Made by a program: the position numbers and the translations under genes
NCBI GenBank assembly: GCA_002923395.1
Contig: BEIK01000001.1
Location: 21,331 to 85,330 of the forward strand
Reading direction: 5' to 3'
DNA length: 64,000 nucleotides
From: a bacterium HR34
Lineage (GTDB): Bacteria > Patescibacteriota > Minisyncoccia > Minisyncoccales > HRBIN34
The notes under the pieces: generated by a model
Told to the model about the DNA's origin: nothing
Databases searched by the model: none
The model's input: the letters and a program-made list of their open reading frames with translations, nothing else
Part shown: positions 47,883 to 57,713 of the stretch, in pieces
Layout of the letters: each line of letters begins with the position of its first letter
Position numbering within the stretch: the stretch's first letter is position 1

Positions 47883-49193
47883 ATGCCAAAAATAAAATAT
47901 CAAAGAGTAACAGGAATGAAAGACATTTTGCCAGTAGACTTTGTTTATTATGATAAAATTTTGTCTACAATAAAACAGATTTGCGATTTTTATTCTTTTA
48001 ATAGAATAGAAACTCCGATATTAGAGAGAATAGAACTTTTTGAAAGAGGCATTGGAGTTTCAAGCGATATAGTTGAAAAGCAGATGTTCTCTCTTAAAAC
48101 AAGAGATGAAAAAGATACTTTAGTTTTAAGACCAGAAGGGACTGCTGGTGTTGCAAGGGCTTATTTTGAGAATGGTTTGCAAGAACTTCCACATCCTTTA
48201 AAACTTTGGTACTTTGGGCCATTTTTTAGATACGAAAGACCGCAAAAAGGAAGATACAGACAGTTTTATCAATTTGGCATTGAAATAATAGGAGAAGAAA
48301 ATTATATATTAGATGTTTATGTTATGCATATTTTTAAAATTTTGCTTGAAGAGTTGGGAATTAAAAATCTTGTTTTTGAAGTTAACAGCATTGGCAATGG
48401 CAACTGCAGGCCGTATTATAAAAAATCACTTTTGAGTTATTTGAGAAAGAACCAAAATAAACTTTGCTCTACCTGCAGAAAAAGACTTAAGGTGAATCCG
48501 TTTAGGATATTGGACTGCAAAGAAGAAAAATGTAAAAGGGTTTGCTCTCAAGCGCCTCAAATCGTTGACTTTTTGTGTGATGAATGTAAAAACCATTTCA
48601 AAAAAGTTGTAGAGGTTTTAGACACATTGCAATTTCCTTACACAATAAATCCGTTTTTAGCAAGAGGGCTTGATTATTATAACAGAACAGTTTTTGAAAT
48701 TATTCCTGTCTCGTTTGAGGAGTATCAAAAAGACAAAGATAACTTTACGAAAAAAGATTCAATAGGCGGCGGAGGAAGGTATGATGACTTGCTTTATTTA
48801 ATAGGAAGGGAGGAGATACCGGCTGTTGGTGGCGCTTTGGGAATAGAAAGAATAATAGATGTTTTGAAAGATAATAAAGTGGAGATAAAAGAAGAGTACA
48901 AGCCAGACATATTTTTTGTTCAGATAGGAGATCTGCCAAAGAAAAAATCTTTTGCTATTTTAGAGGAACTTAGAAAACACAAAATTAATTGCGCTGAAAG
49001 CATTGGCAAGGATTCTTTAAAAGGGCAGTTGAGGATTGCTGATAAATTAGGGGTAAAATATGTTATTATTTACGGACAAAAAGAGGCATTTGAAAACGTT
49101 GTTGTTTTAAGAGATATGAAAACAGGATCGCAAACAATTGTAAGTTTGCAAGATTTAGTCAAAGAAATAAAAGCGAGATTAAAAAATAAATAA
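47883..49193 (+). CDS. hisS: Histidyl-tRNA synthetase
   Basis: Class II motifs 1-3 (GMKDILP..., FRYERPQKGRYRQFYQFG, GGGGRYD) and the C-terminal anticodon-binding domain. 436 aa. Confidence 0.9.
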   Translation: MPKIKYQRVTGMKDILPVDFVYYDKILSTIKQICDFYSFNRIETPILERIELFERGIGVSSDIVEKQMFSLKTRDEKDTLVLRPEGTAGVARAYFENGLQELPHPLKLWYFGPFFRYERPQKGRYRQFYQFGIEIIGEENYILDVYVMHIFKILLEELGIKNLVFEVNSIGNGNCRPYYKKSLLSYLRKNQNKLCSTCRKRLKVNPFRILDCKEEKCKRVCSQAPQIVDFLCDECKNHFKKVVEVLDTLQFPYTINPFLARGLDYYNRTVFEIIPVSFEEYQKDKDNFTKKDSIGGGGRYDDLLYLIGREEIPAVGGALGIERIIDVLKDNKVEIKEEYKPDIFFVQIGDLPKKKSFAILEELRKHKINCAESIGKDSLKGQLRIADKLGVKYVIIYGQKEAFENVVVLRDMKTGSQTIVSLQDLVKEIKARLKNK

Positions 49194-49198
49194 GAAAT

Positions 49199-49522
49199 AT
49201 GGAAGATTGTATTTTTTGCAAAATAGCAAACAAAGAAATAAATTCAGAAATTGTTTATGAGGACGATGATTTTGTTGTTTTCAAAGACATAAAACCAAAG
49301 GCGCCATTTCATGTTTTAATAGTGCCGAAAAAGCATATAAAGTGGCTGAATGATTTGGATGAGAATGATTTGGAGTTGGCAGGTAAAATGTTGTTGCTGG
49401 CAGTTAAAATAGCAAAAGAAAATAAAGTTGAAAACGCTTATCAGGTGAAGGTTCATGTTGGTGAGAAAGGAGGACAGGAGATATTTCATTTACATATGCA
49501 TATTTTTGGTTGGCCGGAATAA
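49199..49522 (+). CDS. HIT family (histidine triad) protein
   Basis: HLHMHI histidine triad. 107 aa. Confidence 0.85.
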   Translation: MEDCIFCKIANKEINSEIVYEDDDFVVFKDIKPKAPFHVLIVPKKHIKWLNDLDENDLELAGKMLLLAVKIAKENKVENAYQVKVHVGEKGGQEIFHLHMHIFGWPE

Positions 49523-49525
49523 TTT

Positions 49526-49554
49526 TTGACATTTTTATTTTTTTGTCTTATTAT
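49526..49554 (+). promoter_or_regulatory. Sigma-70-like promoter for rpsU (TTGACA-N17-TATTAT)
   Basis: Perfect -35 TTGACA at 49526-49531, a 17-nt spacer, then -10 TATTAT at 49549-49554, about 28 nt upstream of the rpsU start codon. Confidence 0.5.
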
Positions 49555-49581
49555 AGGAATCATAGTTAAAAAATTAAAAAT

Positions 49582-49797
49582 ATGGCTTTAATAGTTTTAA
49601 AGAAAAGCGGAGAAACAAATCAAAGTTTGGTTTTTAGATTTAGAAAGGCTGTGCAAAAAGCGGGTATTTTGCTTGAGGCAAGAAAGCAAATGTATCACGA
49701 CAGAAAACCAAACGAAAGAGTTATTAAAGAAAGGGCTTTAAGAAGAATCCAAAAACAAAAAGAATACGAAAGATTAAAGAAACTTGGAAAGATATAA
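49582..49797 (+). CDS. rpsU: 30S ribosomal protein S21
   Basis: MALIVLKKSGETNQSLVFRFRKAVQKAGILLEARKQMYHDRKPNERVIKERALRR is the canonical S21 sequence. Confidence 0.9.
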   Translation: MALIVLKKSGETNQSLVFRFRKAVQKAGILLEARKQMYHDRKPNERVIKERALRRIQKQKEYERLKKLGKI

Positions 49798-50273
49798 TGT
49801 CTATAAAAGCTCAAATAGAAAAAGATATTAAAACATATCTAAAGGAGAAAAATTTAGATGCTTATAGGGCTTTAGTTTTTTTAATGTCTGTTATAAAAAA
49901 TAAAGAAAAAGAAAAGTTTTTTGAACTTTCTAAAAAAGGGCAAACCCCTGAAAGGGGACAGGATATTTTAACAGATGAGGAAATAATTAAAATTTTACAA
50001 TCTGAAATTAAAAAGAGAAAAGAATCGATAGAGGCGTTTTTAAAAGGAGAAAGAAAGGATTTAGCAGACAAAGAACAGTTTGAATTGGATTTAATTTCTA
50101 AATATTTACCAGAACAAATGCCTGAAGAAGAAATAGAAAAACTGGTAGACGAGGTTTTAAAAGAAGTGCAAGACAAAAATATCGGCGTTGTTATAAAAGA
50201 AGTTATGAAAAGAAGTCAGGGCAGGGCTGAGGGATCTTTAGTTGCTAAAATAGTTAAAGGAAAACTCTCTTAA
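49797..50273 (+). CDS. GatB/YqeY domain-containing protein
   Basis: YqeY-like helical domain with the characteristic C-terminal GRAEGSLVAKIVKGKL. Conserved position downstream of rpsU. Confidence 0.8.
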   Translation: MSIKAQIEKDIKTYLKEKNLDAYRALVFLMSVIKNKEKEKFFELSKKGQTPERGQDILTDEEIIKILQSEIKKRKESIEAFLKGERKDLADKEQFELDLISKYLPEQMPEEEIEKLVDEVLKEVQDKNIGVVIKEVMKRSQGRAEGSLVAKIVKGKLS

Positions 50274-50329
50274 TTTTAATTTGAGTTTTTTTGAATAAGG
50301 TTTTATAATCTAATATTACTATTTTTTTA

Positions 50330-51565
50330 TTGCTTATGGACAAAAACGCAATAATTGGTTTGGATATAGGGAGCTCAAAGGTTAAATTAGTTGCTTTAAT
50401 TAAAGATGAAAAACTTCCAGAGTCAAATTTACAGGTTGTGCACAAATCTTCTGGAATTTCAGTGGGAGTAAGAAAAGGGAGGATAGAAGATCCCGAAAAA
50501 ATTTTTGATGTTGTTTCTTCTTTGTTTGATGAACTTTCTCAAACAGATGGAATTGAGGCAAGAAAAGTTTTTGTAAATATAAACGGCGCTTCTTTGGAGA
50601 GTATAGTTTCAAAGGCAAATGTTGTTGTTTCAAAAGCGGATCAAGTAATAGGGCAGGAAGATGTTGATAGGGCTTTAACGTCTGCAAAAACAATTTCTCT
50701 TCCATTAAACAAAGAAGTTCTAGGGGTTTACAACAATGAATTTATTATTGATGGTGCATATGTCGTAAAAAATCCTATTGGTTTGAAAGGTACAAGGTTG
50801 GAGGTTAGATCTCTTTTAATTACTGCTTTTTCTCCTGCTTTAAATAATTTAAGAGATGTTATGAATAGGCTTGACGTAGATTACGAAATTGTACCAACTC
50901 CTTTGGCTTCAAGTTATGCTGTTTTAAAGCCAGAACAAAAAGAACTTGGCGTTTGTTTGGTTGATATTGGCGCTGGCACAATAGGAATAGTGGTTTTTTA
51001 TGAAGGAGATTTGGTATTTTTAAAAACTTATCCTTTTGGCTCTAGCAATATAACAAAGGATATTGCGGTGAAACTTCAATTAGATTTTGATACAGCAGAG
51101 TATATAAAAACAGAAATAGCAAGTTGTTTAATCGGGCAGTCATCAAATAAAAAAGAAAAAATTAAATTAGAAGATGGCGAAGAAATTTCTTTTTCTAGAA
51201 AAGATTTATATCATGCGCTTCAAGCAAGAGTTGACCAGATATTAAAAACAATTTTAAATGATTTAAATTCTTTGGAATTGCCAGACAGATTAGCAGGCGG
51301 TGTTGTCTTTACAGGAGGAGGCTCTAATCTTAATAAATTCATAGAATACTCAAGAAAGTTTTTAAAACTCCCAGTTAAAAAAGCAAATTTGAAAGAGCAG
51401 TTTCAAATTCCTATAGAAAACGAGCAGGAATATTCTTGCGCTTTAGGACTTGCTTTAATGGGGCATTCTGAAGAGAGCGCAAAGCACGAAAACTTTTCTT
51501 TAAATGTTAAGCCCGGCAAATTTTTGTCAAAAATAAAAAATATAATAAAACCATTTTTGCCCTAA
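50330..51565 (+). CDS. ftsA: Cell division protein FtsA
   Basis: Actin-fold phosphate-1 (IIGLDIGSSKVKLV), phosphate-2 (VCLVDIGAGTIGIVV), adenosine motif (GVVFTGGGSNL) and C-terminal amphipathic tail. Confidence 0.85.
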   Translation: MLMDKNAIIGLDIGSSKVKLVALIKDEKLPESNLQVVHKSSGISVGVRKGRIEDPEKIFDVVSSLFDELSQTDGIEARKVFVNINGASLESIVSKANVVVSKADQVIGQEDVDRALTSAKTISLPLNKEVLGVYNNEFIIDGAYVVKNPIGLKGTRLEVRSLLITAFSPALNNLRDVMNRLDVDYEIVPTPLASSYAVLKPEQKELGVCLVDIGAGTIGIVVFYEGDLVFLKTYPFGSSNITKDIAVKLQLDFDTAEYIKTEIASCLIGQSSNKKEKIKLEDGEEISFSRKDLYHALQARVDQILKTILNDLNSLELPDRLAGGVVFTGGGSNLNKFIEYSRKFLKLPVKKANLKEQFQIPIENEQEYSCALGLALMGHSEESAKHENFSLNVKPGKFLSKIKNIIKPFLP

Positions 51566-51575
51566 TATAAAACTT

Positions 51576-52514
51576 ATGAGTCGTGTAAAAATAAAAGTTG
51601 TTGGAGTAGGCGGTGGAGGAGGGAAAATTATTTCAAGAATTTACAACAAAAATAAATCAATAGACTATATTGCCATTAACACAGATCTGCAAGATTTGAA
51701 ACAATGCAAAGCAGATAAACTTTTGCAAATAGGAAAACAAACAACAAAAGGAATGGGTGCTGGCATGCAGATATTGTTAGGAGAAAAATCGGCACTAGAG
51801 AATATCCAAGATGTTTTGAGCGCTACTTTACCAAGTCAAGTTATTATTTTAGTTTCTTGTTTTGGAGGAGGAACTGGAAGCGGAGCAACGCCCTTAATAG
51901 CAAAAAAGATAAAAGAAAGAGATAAAAATGTCCTTTTGTTATCAATAATAACTTTGCCGTTTTCTTTTGAGGGAAGCTTTAAAAGATCAATTGCTTTGAG
52001 GTCGTTGGAAAGATTAAAAGATTTTTCAGACGCTATTTTTGTTTTAGAGAATGATAACATAACCAAAAACTTAGAAAAGCAGGTAACAATTAAAGAATCT
52101 TTTGCATTTTGTGATGATTTTATTTCAAAAATAGTAAATAGCATACTGGAGTTAATAACAAGCAGAGGAGTTATAAACATTGATTTTATAGATATTAAAA
52201 ATTCTTTGCAAAATGGCGGGCAGGTTTATTTTGCCCAAGGAGTAGGAGAAGGCGAAAATAGGATAGAAATGGCCATAAGTGATGCTTTTTTAAAAAATAT
52301 TACTTCTGTTGATTTATTTAATAAGATAAAAAAGTTTAATTCTGTTTTATTTAGCGTCGCTGGCGATAATTTTACCTTACAAGAAATTTCTCAAATATCA
52401 GATTTAATAAAAAATAAGTTTGGCAATCCAAGCAAAATTTATTTTGGTGCTTTTCAAGATAAAGATTTAAGAAATAAGCTAAAAATTACAATATTCGCTT
52501 GCTCTGGAAAATAA
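51576..52514 (+). CDS. ftsZ: Cell division GTPase FtsZ (short, no extended C-terminal linker)
   Basis: IKVVGVGGGGGKIISRI GTP-binding N-terminus and tubulin signature GGGTGSGATPLIAKK. 312 aa. Directly follows ftsA. Confidence 0.8.
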   Translation: MSRVKIKVVGVGGGGGKIISRIYNKNKSIDYIAINTDLQDLKQCKADKLLQIGKQTTKGMGAGMQILLGEKSALENIQDVLSATLPSQVIILVSCFGGGTGSGATPLIAKKIKERDKNVLLLSIITLPFSFEGSFKRSIALRSLERLKDFSDAIFVLENDNITKNLEKQVTIKESFAFCDDFISKIVNSILELITSRGVINIDFIDIKNSLQNGGQVYFAQGVGEGENRIEMAISDAFLKNITSVDLFNKIKKFNSVLFSVAGDNFTLQEISQISDLIKNKFGNPSKIYFGAFQDKDLRNKLKITIFACSGK

Positions 52515-52515
52515 T

Positions 52516-53997
52516 GTGCCAAGAGGTAAAACAGATTTTCTTTTATTTTTCAGCTTTATAGGAGGAATTTTTACAGCATCATTTTTCGCCCAATATTATT
52601 ATGTTTCAATACCTCTTTTTATAATTTCTTTATTATTATTCCTCCAAAAGCAGGAAAAAAGATTGTTTTATTTTGTTTTGTATTCCTTAATTTTCTCGGC
52701 GATATTTTTTGCAAGTTTTAATTATTTTCTTAACTATCAAAACAGAGTACTTAAAAAAGAATTTTATTTTGAAAATAAAAGTTTTTTAGTAAAAGTTTTA
52801 GATGAGCCAAGAGAAAGAGAAAAGAATATTTTTGTGAAAGTCAAGATATTGGAGGAAGAAGGTTTCCATGGCTTATATAAAAACATTGCTTTGTATTTAC
52901 CCACGGACGCTGAAATTAATTATGGCGATATGCTAAAAATACAAGGTAAAATTCAAACTCCTCAAAACACAGGCAATTTTAATTATAGACAGTATTTGAA
53001 CAAAGAAAATATAGGTTTGGTTTCTGTATATCCAAAATTTGAAATAATAAATAAAAAACAATATGAAAACTTTTTTGAGAAAATAAAAGGATTTGCTTTA
53101 GAGCAAAAGCAAAATTTTAAAGAAAAAATTAAAAATAATCTTTCACAAGACACAGCCAGCCTTTTAAATTCTATTGTTTGGGGATATAAGTCTGATATTC
53201 CCAAAGATTTATCTGACAATTTAAGCAAAGTTGGCTTGCGACATATCACAGCAATTTCAGGTCTTCATATAACCCTTATTTCTACTTTATTAATGGAATC
53301 TATTTTGCTTTTGGGTTTTTGGAGAAGGCAGGCTTTTTTGTTGTCTGTTGTTTTAGTTTCTTTTTATGTGTTTTTGCTTGGTTTTCCTCCATCTGCTGTA
53401 AGGGCCGCCATAATGGGAGGACTATTTTTGTTATCTCAAAACATAGGAAAGCCAACTAATTTGTTGAATCCTGTTTTACTAGCAGCAACTGTTATGTTAT
53501 TGTTTAATCCCTTACTTTTGAAATATGATATTGGTTTTCAACTCTCTTTCTTGGCTGTTTTGGGAATAATTTTTTGGTCTAATTTTATTAAAGATAAACT
53601 AAAAATTTTATTTTTTAACAACGAAAATTACTTTTTAAACATAATATCACTTTCTATTTCAGCACAGATTTTTACAATACCTTTGGTGGCTTTTTATTTT
53701 GGTATAGTATCTCTTGTGTTTTTAATATCAAACTTAATTATTTTGCCATTACTTCCTTTAATTTTATTTTTCGGATTTTTAGGATCAATTATTCCTTATG
53801 GTGAGGTTTTTCTTATTACTATTTGGCCAATAGTAAAATTAATTGTCTTAATCTCAGACTTTTTCTCAAGTTTGAATTTTTCATTTTTAAATATCCAAAA
53901 CTTGCCTTTAATGTACTTAGTATTAATATATACTTTATTGGTGATTTTAACATATTTTGTTTATAAAAAATATAGATTTTCATCTGTAAAAATATGA
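52516..53997 (+). CDS. comEC: ComEC/Rec2 family DNA-uptake channel protein (no C-terminal MBL domain)
   Basis: Multi-TM protein with N-terminal OB-like/DUF4131 region and the competence domain motif (GLRHITAISGLHITLISTLL). 493 aa. Confidence 0.75.
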   Translation: MPRGKTDFLLFFSFIGGIFTASFFAQYYYVSIPLFIISLLLFLQKQEKRLFYFVLYSLIFSAIFFASFNYFLNYQNRVLKKEFYFENKSFLVKVLDEPREREKNIFVKVKILEEEGFHGLYKNIALYLPTDAEINYGDMLKIQGKIQTPQNTGNFNYRQYLNKENIGLVSVYPKFEIINKKQYENFFEKIKGFALEQKQNFKEKIKNNLSQDTASLLNSIVWGYKSDIPKDLSDNLSKVGLRHITAISGLHITLISTLLMESILLLGFWRRQAFLLSVVLVSFYVFLLGFPPSAVRAAIMGGLFLLSQNIGKPTNLLNPVLLAATVMLLFNPLLLKYDIGFQLSFLAVLGIIFWSNFIKDKLKILFFNNENYFLNIISLSISAQIFTIPLVAFYFGIVSLVFLISNLIILPLLPLILFFGFLGSIIPYGEVFLITIWPIVKLIVLISDFFSSLNFSFLNIQNLPLMYLVLIYTLLVILTYFVYKKYRFSSVKI

Positions 53998-54935
53998 TTT
54001 CGTGGACAATACCCGCAATTTTTTCTTTTTTGTTTTTTGCTTTTGGTACTACAATAGAAAGGTTTTATATGGGCCGAAAAGTTTTAAGACCAGAGTTGAG
54101 TGTTTTTTTTGTTGGGCTTTTGAGTTTATTTTATATTATATTCATTCCTTTTGTTGATTTTTATGTTATAGACCCTTATTTATTTTTAAAAACTTTACTT
54201 GTTTCTAGTTTTCAAGTAGGAGGGCTTTTTCTTTTGTATTATTCTTTAACAAAATTCGACGCAAGCAGTTTTGTGCCGGCAATTACTGCTTTTATGCCGA
54301 TTTTTTCTTTTGGAGCTGGTATTTTTCTCTCTAATTCTTCGGTTAGTATTGCTGGTATTGTTGCTTTTTTGTTTTTGTTATCTGGGAGTTTTATTGTTAG
54401 TTATCATAAAAAAATAGAAATAACAAAAGAAACTTTATTCTCCGCGTTTTTAACATCTATTTTGCTTTCTATGTTTTTTGTTTTCTCAAAATTTGTTTTT
54501 GAAGAATCTAATTTTTGGACAGGTTTTATTTGGATAAATATAGCAGATTTTGTAATTTCTTCTTTGATTATTGTTTTTTATAAAGAAGCGAGGGATAATT
54601 TGTTGGAAATTATTCGCAAAGCAAGGGAGGCAAAAGCAAAAAGAGAATATTATAAAATAAAATACCCCTTGGCTTATGGATTTTCAAAAATATCTGGTGG
54701 AATAGGCACCATACTTCAACTTTTTGCAGTTAGTATTGTTCCCTCGCAATACATAGGTATTATACAGGCGTTTCAGGGTCTTGAGATATTTTTTGTTATT
54801 CTTTTTAGTCTGCTTTTCTTTAAGATTTGGAAAGATTTTCCAACAGACATTGCACAGGACAAAAATCTTGTAAAAAGAGTGTCTGGCGCTGTTTTAATAT
54901 CGATAGGTTTAGTTATTGTTCATTTATATTTATAA
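53994..54935 (+). CDS. Polytopic membrane protein, DMT/EamA-like fold, unknown substrate
   Basis: About 10 predicted TM helices arranged as two 5-TM halves. Overlaps the GT2 glycosyltransferase gene by 20 nt. Confidence 0.4.
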   Translation: MISWTIPAIFSFLFFAFGTTIERFYMGRKVLRPELSVFFVGLLSLFYIIFIPFVDFYVIDPYLFLKTLLVSSFQVGGLFLLYYSLTKFDASSFVPAITAFMPIFSFGAGIFLSNSSVSIAGIVAFLFLLSGSFIVSYHKKIEITKETLFSAFLTSILLSMFFVFSKFVFEESNFWTGFIWINIADFVISSLIIVFYKEARDNLLEIIRKAREAKAKREYYKIKYPLAYGFSKISGGIGTILQLFAVSIVPSQYIGIIQAFQGLEIFFVILFSLLFFKIWKDFPTDIAQDKNLVKRVSGAVLISIGLVIVHLYL

Positions 54936-55812
54936 AAATATGTACTTGAGTATAATAATTCCTACTCTTAATGAAGAAAAATATTTGCCGAAATTATTAG
55001 AATCAATAAAAAAGCAAACCTTTAAAGATTATGAAATCATAGTTGCTGATGCTGGCTCAAAAGACAAAACAGTTGAAATTGCAAAAAAATATGGTTGCAA
55101 AATAGTAAAAGGCGGCTTGCCTGCTCAAGGAAGAAATAACGGCGCAAAACACGCTCAAGGAGAATTGTTGTTATTTTTAGACGCTGACAGTATTTTACCA
55201 ACTAAATTTTTTTTAGAAAAGGCAATAAAAGAGTTTAATAAAAGAAAGTTGTCGGTTGCTTCTTGTGGTTTTTTGCCAGCAGACAAAAGCGTTTATCTGC
55301 CGTATAAAGCTGTTGTTAATTATTTCAGGTTCATCAGATTTTTAATGATAGCATTAGAAAATATTTTTCCTTTTGGAATAGGCGCTTGTATATTCGCTGA
55401 AAAAAGTTTTCATAATTCAATTGGTGGGTTTGCTGAGTCACTAAAATTAGCAGAGGATAACAATTATATAAAAAAGGCAGCCTCAAGAAGCAAATACGGT
55501 GTTTTAAGAAGTGTTTATTTTTCAACTTCTGTTAGGAGATTTGATAAGGAAAAATGGGTAAGACCGTTTATGCTTTATTTACTCGCCGCTTTTCTTGTTT
55601 TAGACGAAAAGAAGTTAAGATTGTTCAATAAAGGTATTTTTGAATATAGATATGGAAATTATTATGATATAATAAAAGAAAAAGGCTTGAGTTTAAATGC
55701 TAAAAATATTACAGATAAACTTACAAAAAAGATTAATTATAACAAAATAAAAATAAAAAGAGAAATATCATTAATTAAGAATAAAATTAAGAAAATAATA
55801 GAAAAAATATGA
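54916..55812 (+). CDS. Family 2 glycosyltransferase (polyprenol-phosphate sugar transferase-like)
   Basis: SIIIPTLNEEKYLPKLLESIKKQTFKDYEIIVADAGSKDKT and the DAD motif (LFLDADS), typical of GT2/GtrB/DPM1-like enzymes. Confidence 0.8.
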   Translation: MFIYIYKNMYLSIIIPTLNEEKYLPKLLESIKKQTFKDYEIIVADAGSKDKTVEIAKKYGCKIVKGGLPAQGRNNGAKHAQGELLLFLDADSILPTKFFLEKAIKEFNKRKLSVASCGFLPADKSVYLPYKAVVNYFRFIRFLMIALENIFPFGIGACIFAEKSFHNSIGGFAESLKLAEDNNYIKKAASRSKYGVLRSVYFSTSVRRFDKEKWVRPFMLYLLAAFLVLDEKKLRLFNKGIFEYRYGNYYDIIKEKGLSLNAKNITDKLTKKINYNKIKIKREISLIKNKIKKIIEKI

Positions 55813-57089
55813 AAAAAATAGGGATATTTATTTTAATAGCAATAATTGTTATTGGATTTATGGATGTAAGAAATTTGCCAAATTTGGGCATAAATGAGTA
55901 TGTTGAGTTTTTGTTTAAGAAATATGTTTTGTATAAAAACAATCAGCAGGCGCAAGAAAAAATAACAAAAGAATCTCCTCAAAATGGTTTGGGAACACAA
56001 GAACAAAATAAAGAATATTCTCCTGTTTTAGATTTGGAAAAACAAGTTATAAAAGTTGCTGACGAAGCGTCTGATTCTGTTGTTAGTATAATAATTACAA
56101 AAGAACTTCCTGTGATAGAATATAAATATGAAAATCCTTTTGAGGAGTTTTTTGGGCCTTTCTTTGAAATTCCTGTGCCAGAACAAAAAAGAACAGAGAA
56201 AAAAGAAGTTGGAGGTGGAAGCGGATTTGTTATTTCTGAAGACGGTTTAATTCTTACCAACAAACATGTGGTATTGGATGGCGGAGCAGAATACACAGCG
56301 GTTTTTAATAACGGCAACACTTATGATGTTGAAGTTTTAGCAAAAGATCCTTTTGAAGATATAGCCATATTAAGAATTAAACAAAAAGAAGGCGAAAATA
56401 AAAAATTTAAACCTTTGAAACTTGGAGATTCAGACGAGATAAAGGTTGGTCAGTTTGTTGTAGCAATAGGAAATGCTTTGGGAGAATTCAGAAATACTGT
56501 TTCTTTTGGAGTTGTTTCTGGCTTGTCAAGAAAAATTGTAGCAGGTGGTGGTGGTTTTACAGAAGAACTTTCTAACGTTATCCAAACAGACGCTGCAATA
56601 AATAGAGGAAATTCAGGAGGCCCCTTGTTAAATCTTAAAGGTGAGGTTATCGGAATAAATACTGCTGTTGCCGAAAACGCTCAAAATATTGGATTTGCAA
56701 TACCCATAAATTTAGCAAAGAAGGATATTGAGCAGGTTGTTAAAACAGGAAAAATAACTTATCCTTTCATAGGTATTTATTACACAATAATTAACGATAC
56801 TTTAAAAGAAGAATATGGTTTACCCGTAAATTATGGTGCTTGGGTTGGTCATAATGAACTTGGTGTCCCTACAAAAGAAGCGATTGTAAAAGGATCACCA
56901 GCGGAAAAAGCAGGTCTTAAAAGGAATGATATTATTTTAGAAATTAACGGCGAAAAGATAACAGAAGATAATAATTTAGGAAAAATTTTAAGAAAGCATA
57001 ACCCCGGGGATGTTGTTAGATTAAAAGTTTTAAGAGAAGGCAAAGAGATTATAATGGATTTGGAATTAGGTGAGAGAAAAGAGTGGTAA
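55809..57089 (+). CDS. htrA: HtrA/DegP-family serine protease with PDZ domain
   Basis: N-terminal TM/signal, catalytic triad motifs (TNKHVV, DIAILRI, GNSGGPLLN) and a C-terminal PDZ domain. Confidence 0.9.
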   Translation: MKKIGIFILIAIIVIGFMDVRNLPNLGINEYVEFLFKKYVLYKNNQQAQEKITKESPQNGLGTQEQNKEYSPVLDLEKQVIKVADEASDSVVSIIITKELPVIEYKYENPFEEFFGPFFEIPVPEQKRTEKKEVGGGSGFVISEDGLILTNKHVVLDGGAEYTAVFNNGNTYDVEVLAKDPFEDIAILRIKQKEGENKKFKPLKLGDSDEIKVGQFVVAIGNALGEFRNTVSFGVVSGLSRKIVAGGGGFTEELSNVIQTDAAINRGNSGGPLLNLKGEVIGINTAVAENAQNIGFAIPINLAKKDIEQVVKTGKITYPFIGIYYTIINDTLKEEYGLPVNYGAWVGHNELGVPTKEAIVKGSPAEKAGLKRNDIILEINGEKITEDNNLGKILRKHNPGDVVRLKVLREGKEIIMDLELGERKEW

Positions 57090-57170
57090 AAACATTGACA
57101 TTTTTTCAGGTTTATATATAATGGGAAAATATTAGCAATTTAAGAATTATCAGATTAGTAGGTTTTCAGA

Positions 57171-57190
57171 AAAGGTCGAAAAAGGTCGAA
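57171..57190 (+). promoter_or_regulatory. Tandem AAAGGTCGAA motif copies upstream of KH-domain gene
   Basis: AAAGGTCGAAAAAGGTCGAAATTAAAAGTAATT lies about 30 nt upstream of the ATG at 57220. The same 10-mer recurs at 24624, 24651, 45560 and 57675. Confidence 0.35.
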
Positions 57191-57219
57191 ATTAAAAGTA
57201 ATTTAAGAAAATTAAAAAT

Positions 57220-57468
57220 ATGGTAGATTATAAAGAGTTTCTTGAGTACATTATAAAAGGTATTGTTAACAATCCTGATAAAGTTGAAATAGAAAAGACT
57301 GTTGACGAAATGGGGGTGTTGTTAACAGTAAAGGCTCATCCTTCTGATGTTGGGTTGATAATAGGAAAGAAAGGTTCTGTTGCTCAGGCGATAAGAGCCT
57401 TAACAAGGATTGTTGGTTTGAAAAATAAAGCAAGAGTGAACATCAAAATAGAACAACCAAATCAATAA
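57220..57468 (+). CDS. KH-domain RNA-binding protein (KhpA/YlqC-like, UPF0109)
   Basis: 82 aa with the GXXG KH loop (IGKKGSVAQAIRAL), typical of the small KhpA family. Confidence 0.75.
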   Translation: MVDYKEFLEYIIKGIVNNPDKVEIEKTVDEMGVLLTVKAHPSDVGLIIGKKGSVAQAIRALTRIVGLKNKARVNIKIEQPNQ

Positions 57469-57488
57469 AATTAGGATTTTTTAAAACA

Positions 57489-57522
57489 AAAGCCCGCGAG
57501 GTACCTCGCGGGCTTTTGTTTT
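57489..57522 (+). terminator. Rho-independent terminator after KH-domain gene
   Basis: AAAGCCCGCGAGG-TA-CCTCGCGGGCTTT hairpin followed by TGTTTT. Confidence 0.8.
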
Positions 57523-57713
57523 AAGATTAAGATTGGCCATCTTTTATCTAATAATATTGATAAAAAAAATACAAATAATTAAAAATCGAAAGTTTTTTAT
57601 GAAATATCAAAATCCTAATTTTATTAATTAACTTGACAAAAATTTTTACTTTCCATATCTTTATACTTGATATTAAAGGTCGAATTAAAATTTAATATTA
57701 TTTTTTAAAAAAA

